Assembly (NCBI GenBank): GCA_043803105.1
Contig: JAZDKJ010000006.1
Location: forward strand, 352,001 to 416,000
Direction of reading: 5' to 3'
DNA: 64,000 bases
Origin: Candidatus Woesearchaeota archaeon
GTDB lineage: Archaea > Nanobdellota > Nanobdellia > Woesearchaeales > JAZDKJ01
Below, piece by piece: positions 10,010 through 20,425 of the stretch. How positions within the stretch are numbered: position 1 is the first letter of the stretch; the number at the start of each line of letters is the position of its first letter. A program made the translations under genes and the position numbers. The notes under the pieces were generated by a model. It did not search any database. It was not told the origin of the DNA and was given only the letters and a program-made list of their open reading frames with translations.

Positions 10010-10096
10010 CCTTCCTAAAGAAATTTCAGAGGATTTTAAGCATTGCGCTTTTGTGAGTGAAAATCTCAGAATTATATATGAAAATAATTGGTTGTT

Positions 10097-10693
10097 TTAC
10101 CTTGAGCTATCTGCCTGTCTTTCCAATTCGTTCTTTTTGGCTATTGCTGCAGAGTTTGGGCTCAGGTGGTATGCATTAACAATCTCTTCAGTGAGCGCCA
10201 TTACAATGCTTTTCTTGGAATTAAAGGATTTTACATATGCCCCTTGTGTCATGTATCTTAAGGCTATGTCCACCCTTCTTTGCGGCGCGCACTCAACTGC
10301 CTTTGGATACCTTGCGCCCCCGTATTCTATTGTTACTATCTCTTCTCTTGGTGCAGCATTCTCCAGCGCCTTGACAAACACCTCAATGGGGTTCTTCTTT
10401 GTCTGTTTCTCAATTTCCTGGAACGCGTCCTGGACTATGTTGTACGCTGTATGTGCCTTTCCGGTAATATGGCTGCTTGACTTGTGGTGCTTTTTTCCCT
10501 TATGGCCTGGAATCATTATCTTGTTTATCAGCCTCTCAACGATTAGCACCCTTGATTTGTGGAATCTTGCAGTAGCATATCTTGCCCCTGTCTTTGGGAC
10601 ATACTTTGGCTCTAGCGCTATGTATCCCTGTAAGCCTTGGTCCCCTACCTTGATGCCTTCAGTGCCCCACTTGTTGAAAAGCTTAACTTCCAT
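10097..10693 (-). CDS. rps7: 30S ribosomal protein S7
   Basis: IVERLINK, NPIEVFVKALENAAPREE, ERQADSSR. Confidence 0.97.
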   Translation of the reverse strand: MEVKLFNKWGTEGIKVGDQGLQGYIALEPKYVPKTGARYATARFHKSRVLIVERLINKIMIPGHKGKKHHKSSSHITGKAHTAYNIVQDAFQEIEKQTKKNPIEVFVKALENAAPREEIVTIEYGGARYPKAVECAPQRRVDIALRYMTQGAYVKSFNSKKSIVMALTEEIVNAYHLSPNSAAIAKKNELERQADSSR

Positions 10694-10694
10694 T

Positions 10695-11132
10695 TTACTT
10701 TCTTGCCTTCTCTATCCTGCCCTGCAATAATGCTAGGAGTGATTGGTCGTTTATCTTGATGACTTGCCACCTTACCCCAGGTATGTCTCCCTTCGCTCTT
10801 CCCATCTTTCCGCCGATGCACTCAATGAGCACCTCGTCGTGCTCGTCAAGCATCTTTGATGCAGCATCTCCTGGAACAAATGCTGTGACCTGCCTTCCGT
10901 TCTTGATTAGCTGTACCCTTACGCATTTTCTCATGGCTGAGTTTGGCTGTTTTGCCTCAAGCTGGATCTTTTCCAGCACTATTCCCTTTGCCTGGCTTGC
11001 TCCCTGCAATGGGTCTGACTTCTTCTTGAGGTTGAGCGCTCTCTTTATGTATCTCCTGCTTGACCAGCGTGACTTCTTTCTTCGTTTTACAAGCTTTTTT
11101 GCGCTGTTTATTCCTGATGGTTTTTTTCCCAT
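10695..11132 (-). CDS. rps12: 30S ribosomal protein S12
   Basis: [28 protein letters not shown]. Confidence 0.97.
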   Translation of the reverse strand: MGKKPSGINSAKKLVKRRKKSRWSSRRYIKRALNLKKKSDPLQGASQAKGIVLEKIQLEAKQPNSAMRKCVRVQLIKNGRQVTAFVPGDAASKMLDEHDEVLIECIGGKMGRAKGDIPGVRWQVIKINDQSLLALLQGRIEKARK

Positions 11133-11133
11133 T

Positions 11134-11559
11134 TTATATGATCTTAACCTCTGTTATTGGAAAGTGCCTTTTGATTATCCCTTCGAATGCCCTTAGCTGC
11201 TTGGCACTTCTTCCTATGAGATAACCCCTTGTCTGCAAGTCAGGAGAAGTTATTATGATTTTGCCGTCCTGCTCGCTTATCTCCTTCGCCTTGAGCGGAT
11301 GTATCAGATTTCTCGTGAATTGCTTGACATCGGAGTTAAATTCAACTATTTTAAGCTTTCTGTTGAGTGCCTGCTCTATCCGTCGTGCTGTTGAGCCCTT
11401 TGGGCCTATTGCCCGGCTCGCTTCTCCTTCTGCAACCACCACTGTTATCCGGTCAGGTTCAGCGATGCAGTCCTTTACACTGACCATTGTAATGCTCTGG
11501 AAAATGGAGATTATCTTCATGAGGTCAGTGTCAAATTTTATCCTATTCATTCTTTGCAC
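11134..11559 (-). CDS. nusA: Archaeal NusA (KH domains)
   Basis: AIGPKG and LIGR KH motifs; between L30e and S12. Confidence 0.9.
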   Translation of the reverse strand: MQRMNRIKFDTDLMKIISIFQSITMVSVKDCIAEPDRITVVVAEGEASRAIGPKGSTARRIEQALNRKLKIVEFNSDVKQFTRNLIHPLKAKEISEQDGKIIITSPDLQTRGYLIGRSAKQLRAFEGIIKRHFPITEVKII

Positions 11560-11824
11560 TCAAGACAGAAATAGAGAATGGTTTCTTGCATATGACACCA
11601 AGATCGGTCGATGCAAAACCCAGCTCCTCACAAGCCACCTTTCCGATTGAACAATAGTATTGTAAGCTCTTTCTTGTCCTTTCAGGGCAGTTTGATGACA
11701 CATAAACTTTCTTTATTGTGCCTAGTTTTATCCCCTTGATTGCCCTGTCTGTTCCAATCACAGCCTTCTTGGTGCTCATCAATAGCTGCAGTTCCTTCTT
11801 GATGTCTGTTTCTTTGCGTGCCAT
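11543..11824 (-). CDS. rpl30e: 50S ribosomal protein L30e
   Basis: VIG..RAIK..VSSNCP..LGVICKKPF. Confidence 0.93.
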   Translation of the reverse strand: MARKETDIKKELQLLMSTKKAVIGTDRAIKGIKLGTIKKVYVSSNCPERTRKSLQYYCSIGKVACEELGFASTDLGVICKKPFSISVLSAKNE

Positions 11825-11825
11825 A

Positions 11826-12959
11826 TTACTTCTTTTCCTTTGTCAATAATCCCGGCAGCCCAGTTCCCACAGGTACTGGCTGGTTGAGCATCACGTTCTC
11901 CACTACTGAGTTGAGCTGGTCTGACTCGCCTGTGAGCGCTGCATTGACAATATGCCTTATAGGGGTCTCAAATGACGCCCTTGCTAGCACGCTTGCTTTC
12001 TCACCCACAACTCCGTAGCGGGTTATTCCCTTGATCTCTCCGCTCCAGCACATTGTGTCTGTGACGAGCATCACGTGTCGTATATCGATATTTAAGCCTT
12101 GTGCCTCAATGACCCTGTAAACCTCGTCTATGACAGCCTGTCTTGCTGCTTCGATTCCCAGCACCTCCGCTATTTCGTGGATGTTGTTGCAAATTGTCCT
12201 TGTCTGGTCAACCCAGCTAAGCTCAAGAACTGTCCTTAGGTTTGTTCCTGCAGTGATTATTATGAACTCCGCACCCCTTTTTACTGGAAGCACCTGCCTT
12301 ATGCCTTTTACTCCCTTGATATATGCCTCCTTTACCTTCTCTTTTATCTTGTATACCTCGTTCAGGTTCTCGTTCTTTTTCTTGGCTTTGACAATTATTC
12401 CGTCTTTTGCAGCCTTGACTGTTCCTTCCTTTAGGCTTTTCTCAAGTACTTTTGTGACCATGCCAAGGTTTAGTCCAAGAATCGACATTTTTTCCTTGCT
12501 AAGTTTCACTTCTATTGTTGATTCTATGACATTGATTAGGAACTCCGATGCTATGTCCTTTAATTTTGTCTCTTTAAGTGAAAGCGCCAGCTCTCTTATG
12601 TCCTTGCCCTTGTTGTATGGTGGTTTCAGATAGACTTCCATCATCGGCGTATCAAGCTCTTTTCTTCCGTCGAGAATCTCAATTATTCTTGGCAGGCCCA
12701 TTGTGACGTTCATCTCTGCAACTCCAGCAAAGTGGAAGGTGTTGAGTGTCATCTGGGTTCCAGGTTCTCCAATCGACTCAGCCGCAATGATGCCCACGCA
12801 TTCTCCTGCGTGAATCTTGGACTGCTCGTACTCCTGGTAAGTGCGCTCCACAATTTTCTTGATCCGTGCCTCGCTTGCGCCTCGCGGCATTTTCTCTTCC
12901 AGTTCCTGCAATATCTTTGGTGGAAGTTTTCCGACATATCTTTTTAGTATTGGGTTCAT
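11826..12959 (-). CDS. rpoA2: RNA polymerase subunit A''
   Basis: [25 protein letters not shown]. Confidence 0.97.
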   Translation of the reverse strand: MNPILKRYVGKLPPKILQELEEKMPRGASEARIKKIVERTYQEYEQSKIHAGECVGIIAAESIGEPGTQMTLNTFHFAGVAEMNVTMGLPRIIEILDGRKELDTPMMEVYLKPPYNKGKDIRELALSLKETKLKDIASEFLINVIESTIEVKLSKEKMSILGLNLGMVTKVLEKSLKEGTVKAAKDGIIVKAKKKNENLNEVYKIKEKVKEAYIKGVKGIRQVLPVKRGAEFIIITAGTNLRTVLELSWVDQTRTICNNIHEIAEVLGIEAARQAVIDEVYRVIEAQGLNIDIRHVMLVTDTMCWSGEIKGITRYGVVGEKASVLARASFETPIRHIVNAALTGESDQLNSVVENVMLNQPVPVGTGLPGLLTKEKK

Positions 12960-12961
12960 TT

Positions 12962-15601
12962 TCAGGTGTTGTCTATTATGCTCTGGACGTTTAACTTACC
13001 TCCCTCTGATTTTGATACGTCCATGCTGTCTTCTCCGTAAAGGAATTGTATGATCTTTCCTGAAGCATCCCGCACAGTGTTGTCATACTCCACCTTCAGG
13101 TCCTGCATCGCGTTTGCCAGCCTTCTATAGAGGTATCCTGATTTTGGGGTCCTCAATGCTGTGTCCATGAGTGAATCCCTTCCGGTCATTGAGCCGAAGA
13201 AGAATTCTGCTGGGCTTAGCCCTTTCTTGAATCCATCCCTGATAAATCCGTGCGCGCTTGATCCCAGATCTCCTTTCTTGAAGTGGCTGATAGTCCTTCC
13301 CTGGTAGCCCTTGTCAATCCTCTTTCCCCTCATTGCCTGCTGGCCTACGCATGCTGCCATCTGGGCAAGGTTTAGGGGCGTACCGCGTGCTCCTGATTCT
13401 GCCATGATTATCGTGTGAGTTTTCTTGTCAGCGAATTCTGCCACTATCTCTCCTGTCCTGTTCCTGGTCTTGTTGAGTAGCTCCAATATCTTCAATTCAA
13501 GCGTCTCTTTGAGAGTCCTCCCTGGGAATGTCTCCAGTTTTCCGTCGCGATAGAGCGCAATCAATTGATTTACGTCCTCATCTGCCTTGTTGAGTTCTTG
13601 CTCTATCATCTGCCTTGCGTTCTCTGGCAGGTCAGTATCTGATATTGCAGTTGTGAATCCTCGCTTTGAAAGGACTGCTATTCCAAGCCTGAAGATGTTT
13701 TCAAGGATCTTTATTGTCTCATAAGGTCCATACTTCTTATGGAATTTCCTGAGCAAGAGTCCTGATCCCTCGCCAAGATTGCTTCTGTCCATCACTCCCT
13801 TTGTTAGCTGCCCTTTGCGTATCGTAACAACGTTGCTTCCATCCAGGTCTTTGGACTTTGATTTTCCGTCAAAATCGAAGTCATCCGGTAAGAGCACTGA
13901 GAACATCTCTTTTCCTGTCACCTTTTGCCTGCTTGGTAGCTTCGAGAGGTCTGAGATGCCAATTGAAATCATTAGCTCAACCGCTTGCGTTCTTGGCATT
14001 TCCATGAATTTTGTGAGTAGATAATTGCCTGAGATTGAGTCCTGGATGCAGCCTATCACAGATAGCCCGTATCTTGGGCTTATGAGCTGGGTCGGGACTG
14101 ACATAAGTATCTCTGCCTCAGCCCTTGCTTCCTCTGTCTGAGGTATGTGGAGGTTCATTTCGTCTCCGTCAAAGTCTGCGTTGTATGGATGGCACACTGC
14201 TGGATTCAGCCTAAGCGTCTTTCCAGGCAAGACCCTGACTTGATGGCACATCATGCTCATCCTGTGCAGGCTTGGCTGCCTGTTGAATATTGCGACGTCC
14301 CCATCAAGAAGATGCCTTTCAACAGAATAACCTGGCTGAAGTTCTTCCAGGCTTGCTTCTTTTGTCTCGTCTGTAATTTTCTTTTTCTTGCCGTCAGGCC
14401 TTATGATATAGTTTGCTCCAGGATATGTTCCGGGGCCCCTCTCTACAAATTTCTTGAGGTAGGCCATATTCCAAGAGTTTACGATTTCAGGCACTGTGAG
14501 TTTCATTGCTATTTCCTTTGGCACCCCGACCTCGCTTAAGTTTAGCATTGGGTCTGGGCTGATCACTGTCCTTGCGCAGAAGTTTGTTCTCTTTCCTGCA
14601 AGGTTATGTCGTATCCTTCCTTCCTTGCTCTTGATTCGCTCAGTGATTGTCTTGAGCGGCTGTCCGCTTCGATGCCTTGCCGGTGGCAATTGTGCTATGT
14701 TATTGTCAAAGAATGTGGTGACATGGTATTGAAGCAGGTCCCATAGGTCCTCGATAATTATTTCTGGTGCTCCTGCATTTATGTTTTCGAACAGTCTCTG
14801 ATTGATTCTGACAATGTCTCCCAATTTGTGTGTGAGATCGTCTTCAGAGCGCTCTCCAGACTCCAGAGTGATTGAGGGTCTCATCGTGACTGGTGGTATT
14901 GGCAGGAGTGTTAGCACCATCCATTCTGGTCTTACAGCCTTGGGATTTATTCCGAAAAGGTCAGCATCATCATCGGGAATCCTCTCCAATCTTGTCCTTA
15001 CCTCTATCGGATTCAGCCTTCGCTCGTTTTCCATGAAGGTTGTTGGTTTCTCGAGCAAAACCTTGTGTTGTCGTGCCTTGCAATAAGGGCACTTGTTTGC
15101 TGTCTTTAGGCTGTTCACAATTTCTTTGATGGCCTTTCTGCGTCCCTCTACGCCAGATTCCTTTTCCACTTTCGCGAGCTGGTCTTGGTAGTATTCAATC
15201 TTGTTTTTTGGGATAAGAACTCTTCCGCAATCCCTGCATGTGCACTTGAGGAGCGTTAGAATCACTCCCACAAACTTCACGTGCATTATCGGCCTTGCAA
15301 GTTCTATATAACCGAAGTGTCCTATGCACTCCTTTAATTTTGATCCGCATGTCTTGCACTTGAGTCCTGGATCAATGACTCCTAGCCTGATATCCATTAG
15401 CCCACCGTCAACAGGATAACCCTCCTTGTCATAAAGCTCAGGCGTGACTATCTTTGCCGAGGCCATCTGCTTTACCATCTTTGGGCTTAGCACTCCAAAT
15501 ACTATGCTGCTTACCTGCTTGTAAATATATTGCACAGGCTCTTCAGCTAGTTCCACGACCTCTTTTGTTAGTTCAGCTGCTGCTGGTGTTTCGTCTGCCA
15601 T
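12962..15601 (-). CDS. rpoA1: RNA polymerase subunit A'
   Basis: [11 protein letters not shown] catalytic motif. Confidence 0.98.
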   Translation of the reverse strand: MADETPAAAELTKEVVELAEEPVQYIYKQVSSIVFGVLSPKMVKQMASAKIVTPELYDKEGYPVDGGLMDIRLGVIDPGLKCKTCGSKLKECIGHFGYIELARPIMHVKFVGVILTLLKCTCRDCGRVLIPKNKIEYYQDQLAKVEKESGVEGRRKAIKEIVNSLKTANKCPYCKARQHKVLLEKPTTFMENERRLNPIEVRTRLERIPDDDADLFGINPKAVRPEWMVLTLLPIPPVTMRPSITLESGERSEDDLTHKLGDIVRINQRLFENINAGAPEIIIEDLWDLLQYHVTTFFDNNIAQLPPARHRSGQPLKTITERIKSKEGRIRHNLAGKRTNFCARTVISPDPMLNLSEVGVPKEIAMKLTVPEIVNSWNMAYLKKFVERGPGTYPGANYIIRPDGKKKKITDETKEASLEELQPGYSVERHLLDGDVAIFNRQPSLHRMSMMCHQVRVLPGKTLRLNPAVCHPYNADFDGDEMNLHIPQTEEARAEAEILMSVPTQLISPRYGLSVIGCIQDSISGNYLLTKFMEMPRTQAVELMISIGISDLSKLPSRQKVTGKEMFSVLLPDDFDFDGKSKSKDLDGSNVVTIRKGQLTKGVMDRSNLGEGSGLLLRKFHKKYGPYETIKILENIFRLGIAVLSKRGFTTAISDTDLPENARQMIEQELNKADEDVNQLIALYRDGKLETFPGRTLKETLELKILELLNKTRNRTGEIVAEFADKKTHTIIMAESGARGTPLNLAQMAACVGQQAMRGKRIDKGYQGRTISHFKKGDLGSSAHGFIRDGFKKGLSPAEFFFGSMTGRDSLMDTALRTPKSGYLYRRLANAMQDLKVEYDNTVRDASGKIIQFLYGEDSMDVSKSEGGKLNVQSIIDNT

Positions 15602-15605
15602 TTTC

Positions 15606-17408
15606 TCAATATTTGTTTTTCAATACAAGTTTAGGGTAGATGCATAGTGACTTGAATTCGTCGAGCATCAATTTGAACGCATAGCTCAATTCGATATTGT
15701 TTATCTCCACATTCTCTCCGCAGACAGGGCAGTACTTCTTGTCCTTGTATGCGTCGTATATTGCAATTATTCCGCAGTTCTCGCAGACTGGTACGACTGT
15801 CTTGTCTGAGTCGAACCTTTCTTTGAGGAGTAATGATGCTCCGTGAGCCACAAAGGTGTCCTTTTCCATTTCTCCAAGCCTTAGGCCTCCCTCTTTTGCT
15901 CTTCCCTCTGTTGGCTGTCTTGTGAGCAGTTGTATTGGTCCCCTTGCTCTCGAGTGTATCTTGTTTGCAACCATGTGCCTTAGCTTGAGATAATACATGT
16001 TACCGATGAATATCTTTGCCTCGAACCTCTCTCCAGTCTCCCCATTGTACATGGTCTCTGTCCCATTCTCCCTGAAGCCAAGCCCGAGCAACTCCTTTCT
16101 TATGTCTGACTCTTTTTCTGAGCTGAATGTTGTTCCGTCTACGTATCTTCCTGCCAGTGCTGCAGTTTTTCCTGCCACTAGCTCAAGCAGGTGCGCTATT
16201 GTCATTCTGCTCGGTATTCCGTGCGGTGAGAATAATAGGTCTGGCACTATTCCTGATGCGCTGAATGGCATGTCAGCATGAGGCACGATTAGTCCGATTA
16301 CCCCCTTCTGTCCATGTCTTGATGTGAACTTGTCGCCTATCTCGGGTATTCTCTGGTCTCTTACCCTTACCTGCATGAGTTTGTTTCCCTCTTCGTTTTC
16401 TGTTATCAATACAAAGTCCACTATTCCCTGCTCACCGTGCTTTAACGCCACTGAGCTCTCCCTTCTTGTGTTTGACGCTAAGCTATACTCATCCATGCCT
16501 GAGAGGAATCTTGGTGGGCTGGTCTTTCCTATGACAACGTCCTCTTCCTTGACTGGCGCTTCAGGGTATACTATTCCGTCAGGCTCAAGGAGCCTATAAT
16601 CTCTCTCGCTCTTATAGCCCTTTACATCTTTGTTTGGTATGCAGACATCGTCCATTAGTCCGCCCGAATACCTGAGCTCTTCCGTTATTGATGGTCGATA
16701 ATATGTGCTTCTTCCCATGCCCCTGTCTATCGATCCCTTGTTGATTATAATCGCGTCTTCCATGTTATAGCCCTTGTAGCTCATAACCGCAACAACAAGG
16801 TTTTGTCCTGCAGGGTGCTTGTCGTAGTCAGATATTTCGTGGATTATTGATTGCACGAGTGGCATCTGTGGTGTGTGCAGGAGGCTCACGTCCATGTCCA
16901 TCCTTATGTCAAAGTTGGCAGCGTACAACCCTATTGCCTGCTTTTGGTTCTTGCTTCCCATGTTCAGCCTTGCTCCCTGGGTAAAGTTACCGAAGGGCAC
17001 AAGCGCAACTGTTAGTCCGCACATTGCCAAGGGTGTTATCTCCAGGTGGGTGTGTTCTGCTGTTACGTCCTCTGGCGTGAAGGCAACAAGGGTGTTCTCT
17101 TCCTCCATTGCATCCAGGTATTCTATTACTCCTTGCTCTACAAGTTCCTTCCAGCCTATCTCCCCTTTCTGCAGCTGCTTGATGTGTTTTTCAGTTATGA
17201 GCGCTACTCCGTCCTTTACCACGATTAGCGGCCTTCTTACCCTGCCCCTAAGGCTTTCTATTCTTACCTCGTCGATTTTGTCATTGTAGTATACGTTTAC
17301 TGAGTCTGAGAGGACTCCCTTTCTTCTCTCTGCCTTTACCTGCTTTACAAAGTCCTCAGGATTATCGATTGTTCCCACATATTTGCCATTCAAAAAAACT
17401 TCGCTCAT
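15606..17408 (-). CDS. rpoB1: RNA polymerase subunit B'
   Basis: GDKFTSRHGQKG, GLRLGEME. Confidence 0.98.
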   Translation of the reverse strand: MSEVFLNGKYVGTIDNPEDFVKQVKAERRKGVLSDSVNVYYNDKIDEVRIESLRGRVRRPLIVVKDGVALITEKHIKQLQKGEIGWKELVEQGVIEYLDAMEEENTLVAFTPEDVTAEHTHLEITPLAMCGLTVALVPFGNFTQGARLNMGSKNQKQAIGLYAANFDIRMDMDVSLLHTPQMPLVQSIIHEISDYDKHPAGQNLVVAVMSYKGYNMEDAIIINKGSIDRGMGRSTYYRPSITEELRYSGGLMDDVCIPNKDVKGYKSERDYRLLEPDGIVYPEAPVKEEDVVIGKTSPPRFLSGMDEYSLASNTRRESSVALKHGEQGIVDFVLITENEEGNKLMQVRVRDQRIPEIGDKFTSRHGQKGVIGLIVPHADMPFSASGIVPDLLFSPHGIPSRMTIAHLLELVAGKTAALAGRYVDGTTFSSEKESDIRKELLGLGFRENGTETMYNGETGERFEAKIFIGNMYYLKLRHMVANKIHSRARGPIQLLTRQPTEGRAKEGGLRLGEMEKDTFVAHGASLLLKERFDSDKTVVPVCENCGIIAIYDAYKDKKYCPVCGENVEINNIELSYAFKLMLDEFKSLCIYPKLVLKNKY

Positions 17409-18892
17409 TTGATTACCTTCAGCCCCAAGCCTTTGAGTGCCTTGAGCACCTCTTCCTCGTTTGTGTCTGCCGAGACGCTTGCGAGTAGCGCAAGGTTCTT
17501 TCTTAACCCTATATTTGTTCCTTCAGGTGTCTCGATAGGGCATAGCCTTCCAAGGTGGGTGCTGTGCAGCTCCCTTGCCGCAAAGTTCTCCTGCGAGGCT
17601 GAGAGCGGGCTCACCACCCTTTGCAGGTGCGAGACTGTCTCCAGGAAGTTTAGCCTCTGAATTCTTTGGCTGATTCCCTTCCTGCCGCCTACCCAGGCTC
17701 CTGTTGCCATCGAGCTGTATATCCTCTGGGTTAATAGCTTGTCCCTGATTATCACTTTGATGCTTGGGAATTTTCCCCTCTTTACTATTCTCTGGAAATT
17801 GTATAGTAGGTCTCCGATCAGCACTTTAAGGTTTACCCTGAATAGGTCTGCCAATAGGTCTCCTGAGCACTTGAGCCTCTTGTTCTTGTAGTGGTCCTTG
17901 TCGTCTTCCTCTACCTCTCCGTTTGACACAAGGATATATTTCTTGAGCATCTTGCAAAGGTTGTATGCTTTGTATATTCTCTCTTCTTTTTTCATTCCGA
18001 TATGGGGCATCAGGTAGCGGTCAATTATCTCGGTTGTTCTTTCGATCCTGATTTCCTTTGCTTGTGTTATGCCTATCCTTTTTGCTATGAAGTCTAATGC
18101 GTCTTCACTCGTCTTTATATCTGCGAAGCTGTATAGGTTCACGACCACCTCATCGAATTGCCTCTCCTTGGATACTGACTTCATTATATCTTCATCGTTC
18201 AGGAGGCCAAGTGATTTTATGACGATTATTAACGGAATTCTCTTAACTCTTGTAAAGGACAAATAGAAGATTCCATCCTTCATCTTTTCCAGTGTATGAG
18301 GTATCTTGTAATACCCATGCTCTGAGAATAGCTTGCCTGTGTATTCCGAAACCCCAATGTTTTGCTTCTCCACCAAAAGTTGGTTTGATGCGAGGTCTTC
18401 GACATCGATTAGTACCTTTTCTGTTCCGTTGATTATGAAATATCCTCCTGGGTCATCAGGGTCTTCACCCTTTTCTATAATCTCGTCCCTTGACATGTTG
18501 TGCAGGTGGCAAAACTTGCTCCTCAGCATGATTGGTATTGAGCCAACCTGGGTTACAAATGATTCTCTCTGCACATCATTGATATGGGCGCTTACCTCGA
18601 TGAAGCATGGGCTTGCATAAGTTATCTTTCTTAGTCTTGCTTCAACAGGGTATATTGCCCTCCTTGAGCCGTCTGCTTCTGTTATCTCCGGCTTTGTGAG
18701 CCATATCTTGTCAAGCCTTATCTTGAACTTGTCGACATTGCTTGGGATTATTGTGGGCTCTATATCTTTGTTTTCTTCTATAATCTTCTGCAGCTCGTGC
18801 TCTATAAAATAATTGTAGGACTCTATGTCTGACTTTATGAGGGAATAGCTTTCAAAATATTTTTGTATCAGCAATTTTGCAGTGTTAACCAT
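17405..18892 (-). CDS. rpoB2: RNA polymerase subunit B''
   Basis: GGYFIINGTEKV, CPIETPEG.NIGL. Confidence 0.97.
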   Translation of the reverse strand: MVNTAKLLIQKYFESYSLIKSDIESYNYFIEHELQKIIEENKDIEPTIIPSNVDKFKIRLDKIWLTKPEITEADGSRRAIYPVEARLRKITYASPCFIEVSAHINDVQRESFVTQVGSIPIMLRSKFCHLHNMSRDEIIEKGEDPDDPGGYFIINGTEKVLIDVEDLASNQLLVEKQNIGVSEYTGKLFSEHGYYKIPHTLEKMKDGIFYLSFTRVKRIPLIIVIKSLGLLNDEDIMKSVSKERQFDEVVVNLYSFADIKTSEDALDFIAKRIGITQAKEIRIERTTEIIDRYLMPHIGMKKEERIYKAYNLCKMLKKYILVSNGEVEEDDKDHYKNKRLKCSGDLLADLFRVNLKVLIGDLLYNFQRIVKRGKFPSIKVIIRDKLLTQRIYSSMATGAWVGGRKGISQRIQRLNFLETVSHLQRVVSPLSASQENFAARELHSTHLGRLCPIETPEGTNIGLRKNLALLASVSADTNEEEVLKALKGLGLKVIK

Positions 18893-19127
18893 TTATCGCA
18901 CATCTGTAATAGTATGATTCTCCTGCAGTGCTGCTCTTTCGCGTTATCTTGACGACATCTCTCGGCTTTAGCTTTAGATCAATTACCGCAGGATCCTTGA
19001 TAAGTAGTTTTGGTAGTTCGTTCTCAGTAATGTGGAAATGCTCGAGCAGCTGTTTTTTTTCAGCCTCGCTAAGTTTTTTATGCTTAGGCACAAGAATGTG
19101 TTTGCTTATGTTGAATGATGGCTTCAT
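18885..19127 (-). CDS. rpoH: RNA polymerase subunit H
   Basis: HILVPKH...LPKL..DP...KITRKS.TAG; start moved to ATG 19127 because the longer ORF overlaps tRNA-Lys. Confidence 0.95.
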   Translation of the reverse strand: MKPSFNISKHILVPKHKKLSEAEKKQLLEHFHITENELPKLLIKDPAVIDLKLKPRDVVKITRKSSTAGESYYYRCAING

Positions 19128-19138
19128 TTTAGATTGAA

Positions 19139-19265
19139 TGGGCCGGACGAGATTTTCTTTGTTTTTTTTTCCAAGTTGCATTCGAACTCGCGACCACCTG
19201 ATTGCTTTGCAGCTTAAAAGTCAGGTGCTCTATTGCCCTTATACTCCAGGCTGAGCTACCGGCCC
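19139..19265 (-). tRNA. tRNA-Lys(TTT) with three introns (D-loop ~13, anticodon loop ~12, T-loop ~28 nt)
   Basis: GGGCCGGTAGCTCAGCCTGG[..]TAGAGCACCTGACTTTTA[..]ATCAGGTGGTCGCGAGTTCGAA[..]TCTCGTCCGGCCCA gives a complete cloverleaf. Confidence 0.9.
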
Positions 19266-19280
19266 ATCGTGATTGAAAAA

Positions 19281-19446
19281 CGCCCTGGTCGGGACTTCCA
19301 ACAACAGACATGCCGTATGACATTTTCAGCTGATTTGAACCCGAGTCGAAGCCTTTTTGCGGTAGCAAACAGTAATTCAACCCTCCCTCTGGTTGAAAAG
19401 CCACCTCGACAGGGCTTCATGATAGGCCAGACTACACTACCAGGGC
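19281..19446 (-). tRNA. tRNA-Asp(GTC) with two introns (~52 nt anticodon loop, ~39 nt T-loop)
   Basis: GCCCTGGTAGTGTAGTCTGGCCTATCATGAAGCCCTGTCG[..]AGGCTTCGACTCGGGTTCAAA[..]TCCCGACCAGGGCG. Confidence 0.9.
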
Positions 19447-19653
19447 TTTGACCTAGTTAAGCCTAATTTAAGCTTTCTAGCCACCAAGCAGTCCACATAG
19501 GTCTTCTTAAGCGCATAGAAAGATTGAATTGGCATGGCCCACCTATCTTCACACCTGTTTATAAAGCTTGTGGTTTTTTCCTGACTTATTCAGGTCTGCT
19601 TGAACTTTTGCTTGATTACTTTCAAATGTTCTGCTCGAATTAAAGCGAGAATA

Positions 19654-19780
19654 TCCCCGAGGCCGGAGTCGAACCAGCAACCTTTCGGTAACGGCTGAGT
19701 GTTTTTCACATTCTGCACTGAGTGCAATATCAAAACACTATCCCTACAGCCGAACGCTCTAGCCATTGAGCTACTCGGGG
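19654..19780 (-). tRNA. tRNA-Tyr(GTA) with ~54-nt canonical intron
   Basis: CCCCGAG...TTCGGCTGTAG[..]ACCGAA...CTCGGGGA; C1-G72 and A73 typical of archaeal tRNA-Tyr. Confidence 0.93.
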
Positions 19781-19900
19781 AAGCTTTTTTCCTTAGGAAA
19801 AAACCTTGGAAAATATGTTTTTGCCAAGGCAAAAACGCTGCCTTTAAGGCAGCTAAAGTTGCGAGCTGACTTTTCAGCTCAGCTATTGAGCTACTCAGGG
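19781..19900 (-). repeat. Duplicated tRNA-Tyr 5' end plus four-hairpin leader
   Basis: 19881-19900 matches tRNA nt 1-20 at 18/20; followed by GAGCTGAAAAGTCAGCTCGCAACTTTA and three more palindromes. Confidence 0.8.
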
Positions 19901-19998
19901 ATAATTCAATGAATAACAAACAAGGGTCTTTTTATAAACATTTCTTATCTCTGTGTGTGCTTCTTTCTTCGGAACGACTCAGAATTTTGCTATTGCTA

Positions 19999-20358
19999 TT
20001 AGTGTACAATTCTCATTTTTCCAGCCATGACTAAATTGTGCTCAATCTCTAGCTTGTTGAATCTTTTTTCCATCGCTAGGATCTTATCGACTTTTTGCTC
20101 TGTTTGCTCTACACCGTTCTTTATCTTACCTAATTTGTATGCTCCCCCGAGAATCGAAATGCCTCCTCCAAGATATGGTATCATCTCTACCCACACTGGA
20201 GAGCGCACAATTCCAAAAACCTTAAGCAGCGCCCACAGGAGTATTGCCAGTGCTCCTATGACAATCAGGGAATCCCAGAGGTCAAAACTTGCGTTGAAGA
20301 GTTTTTTTAGCTTTTGAATTGTCCTCATGCTGGCAGCAATAATAAAAAGGTCGTTCAT
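19999..20358 (-). CDS. Small two-TM membrane protein with C-terminal coiled coil
   Basis: Two hydrophobic segments; start uncertain. Confidence 0.6.
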   Translation of the reverse strand: MNDLFIIAASMRTIQKLKKLFNASFDLWDSLIVIGALAILLWALLKVFGIVRSPVWVEMIPYLGGGISILGGAYKLGKIKNGVEQTEQKVDKILAMEKRFNKLEIEHNLVMAGKMRIVH

Positions 20359-20425
20359 AAACTTTTGTCTTCGATAAATCCAGATTGTATGAATGAGCCG
20401 TAAATCTTCCGAAAGTCACAACATC

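Noticed and set aside
10053-18620. Many plus-strand ORFs opposite the rpo/ribosomal operon
   Set aside because: Antisense shadows of well-conserved genes
15606-18892. Split rpoB (and rpoA) as a novelty
   Set aside because: Split A is general in archaea and split B occurs in many lineages
19781-19900. Hairpin series as a CRISPR array
   Set aside because: No identical direct repeats with regular spacers and no cas genes in the window
19129-19919. ORF-track ORFs 19129-19404, 19233-19451, 19590-19919
   Set aside because: They overlap tRNA-Lys, -Asp and -Tyr and have no protein motifs
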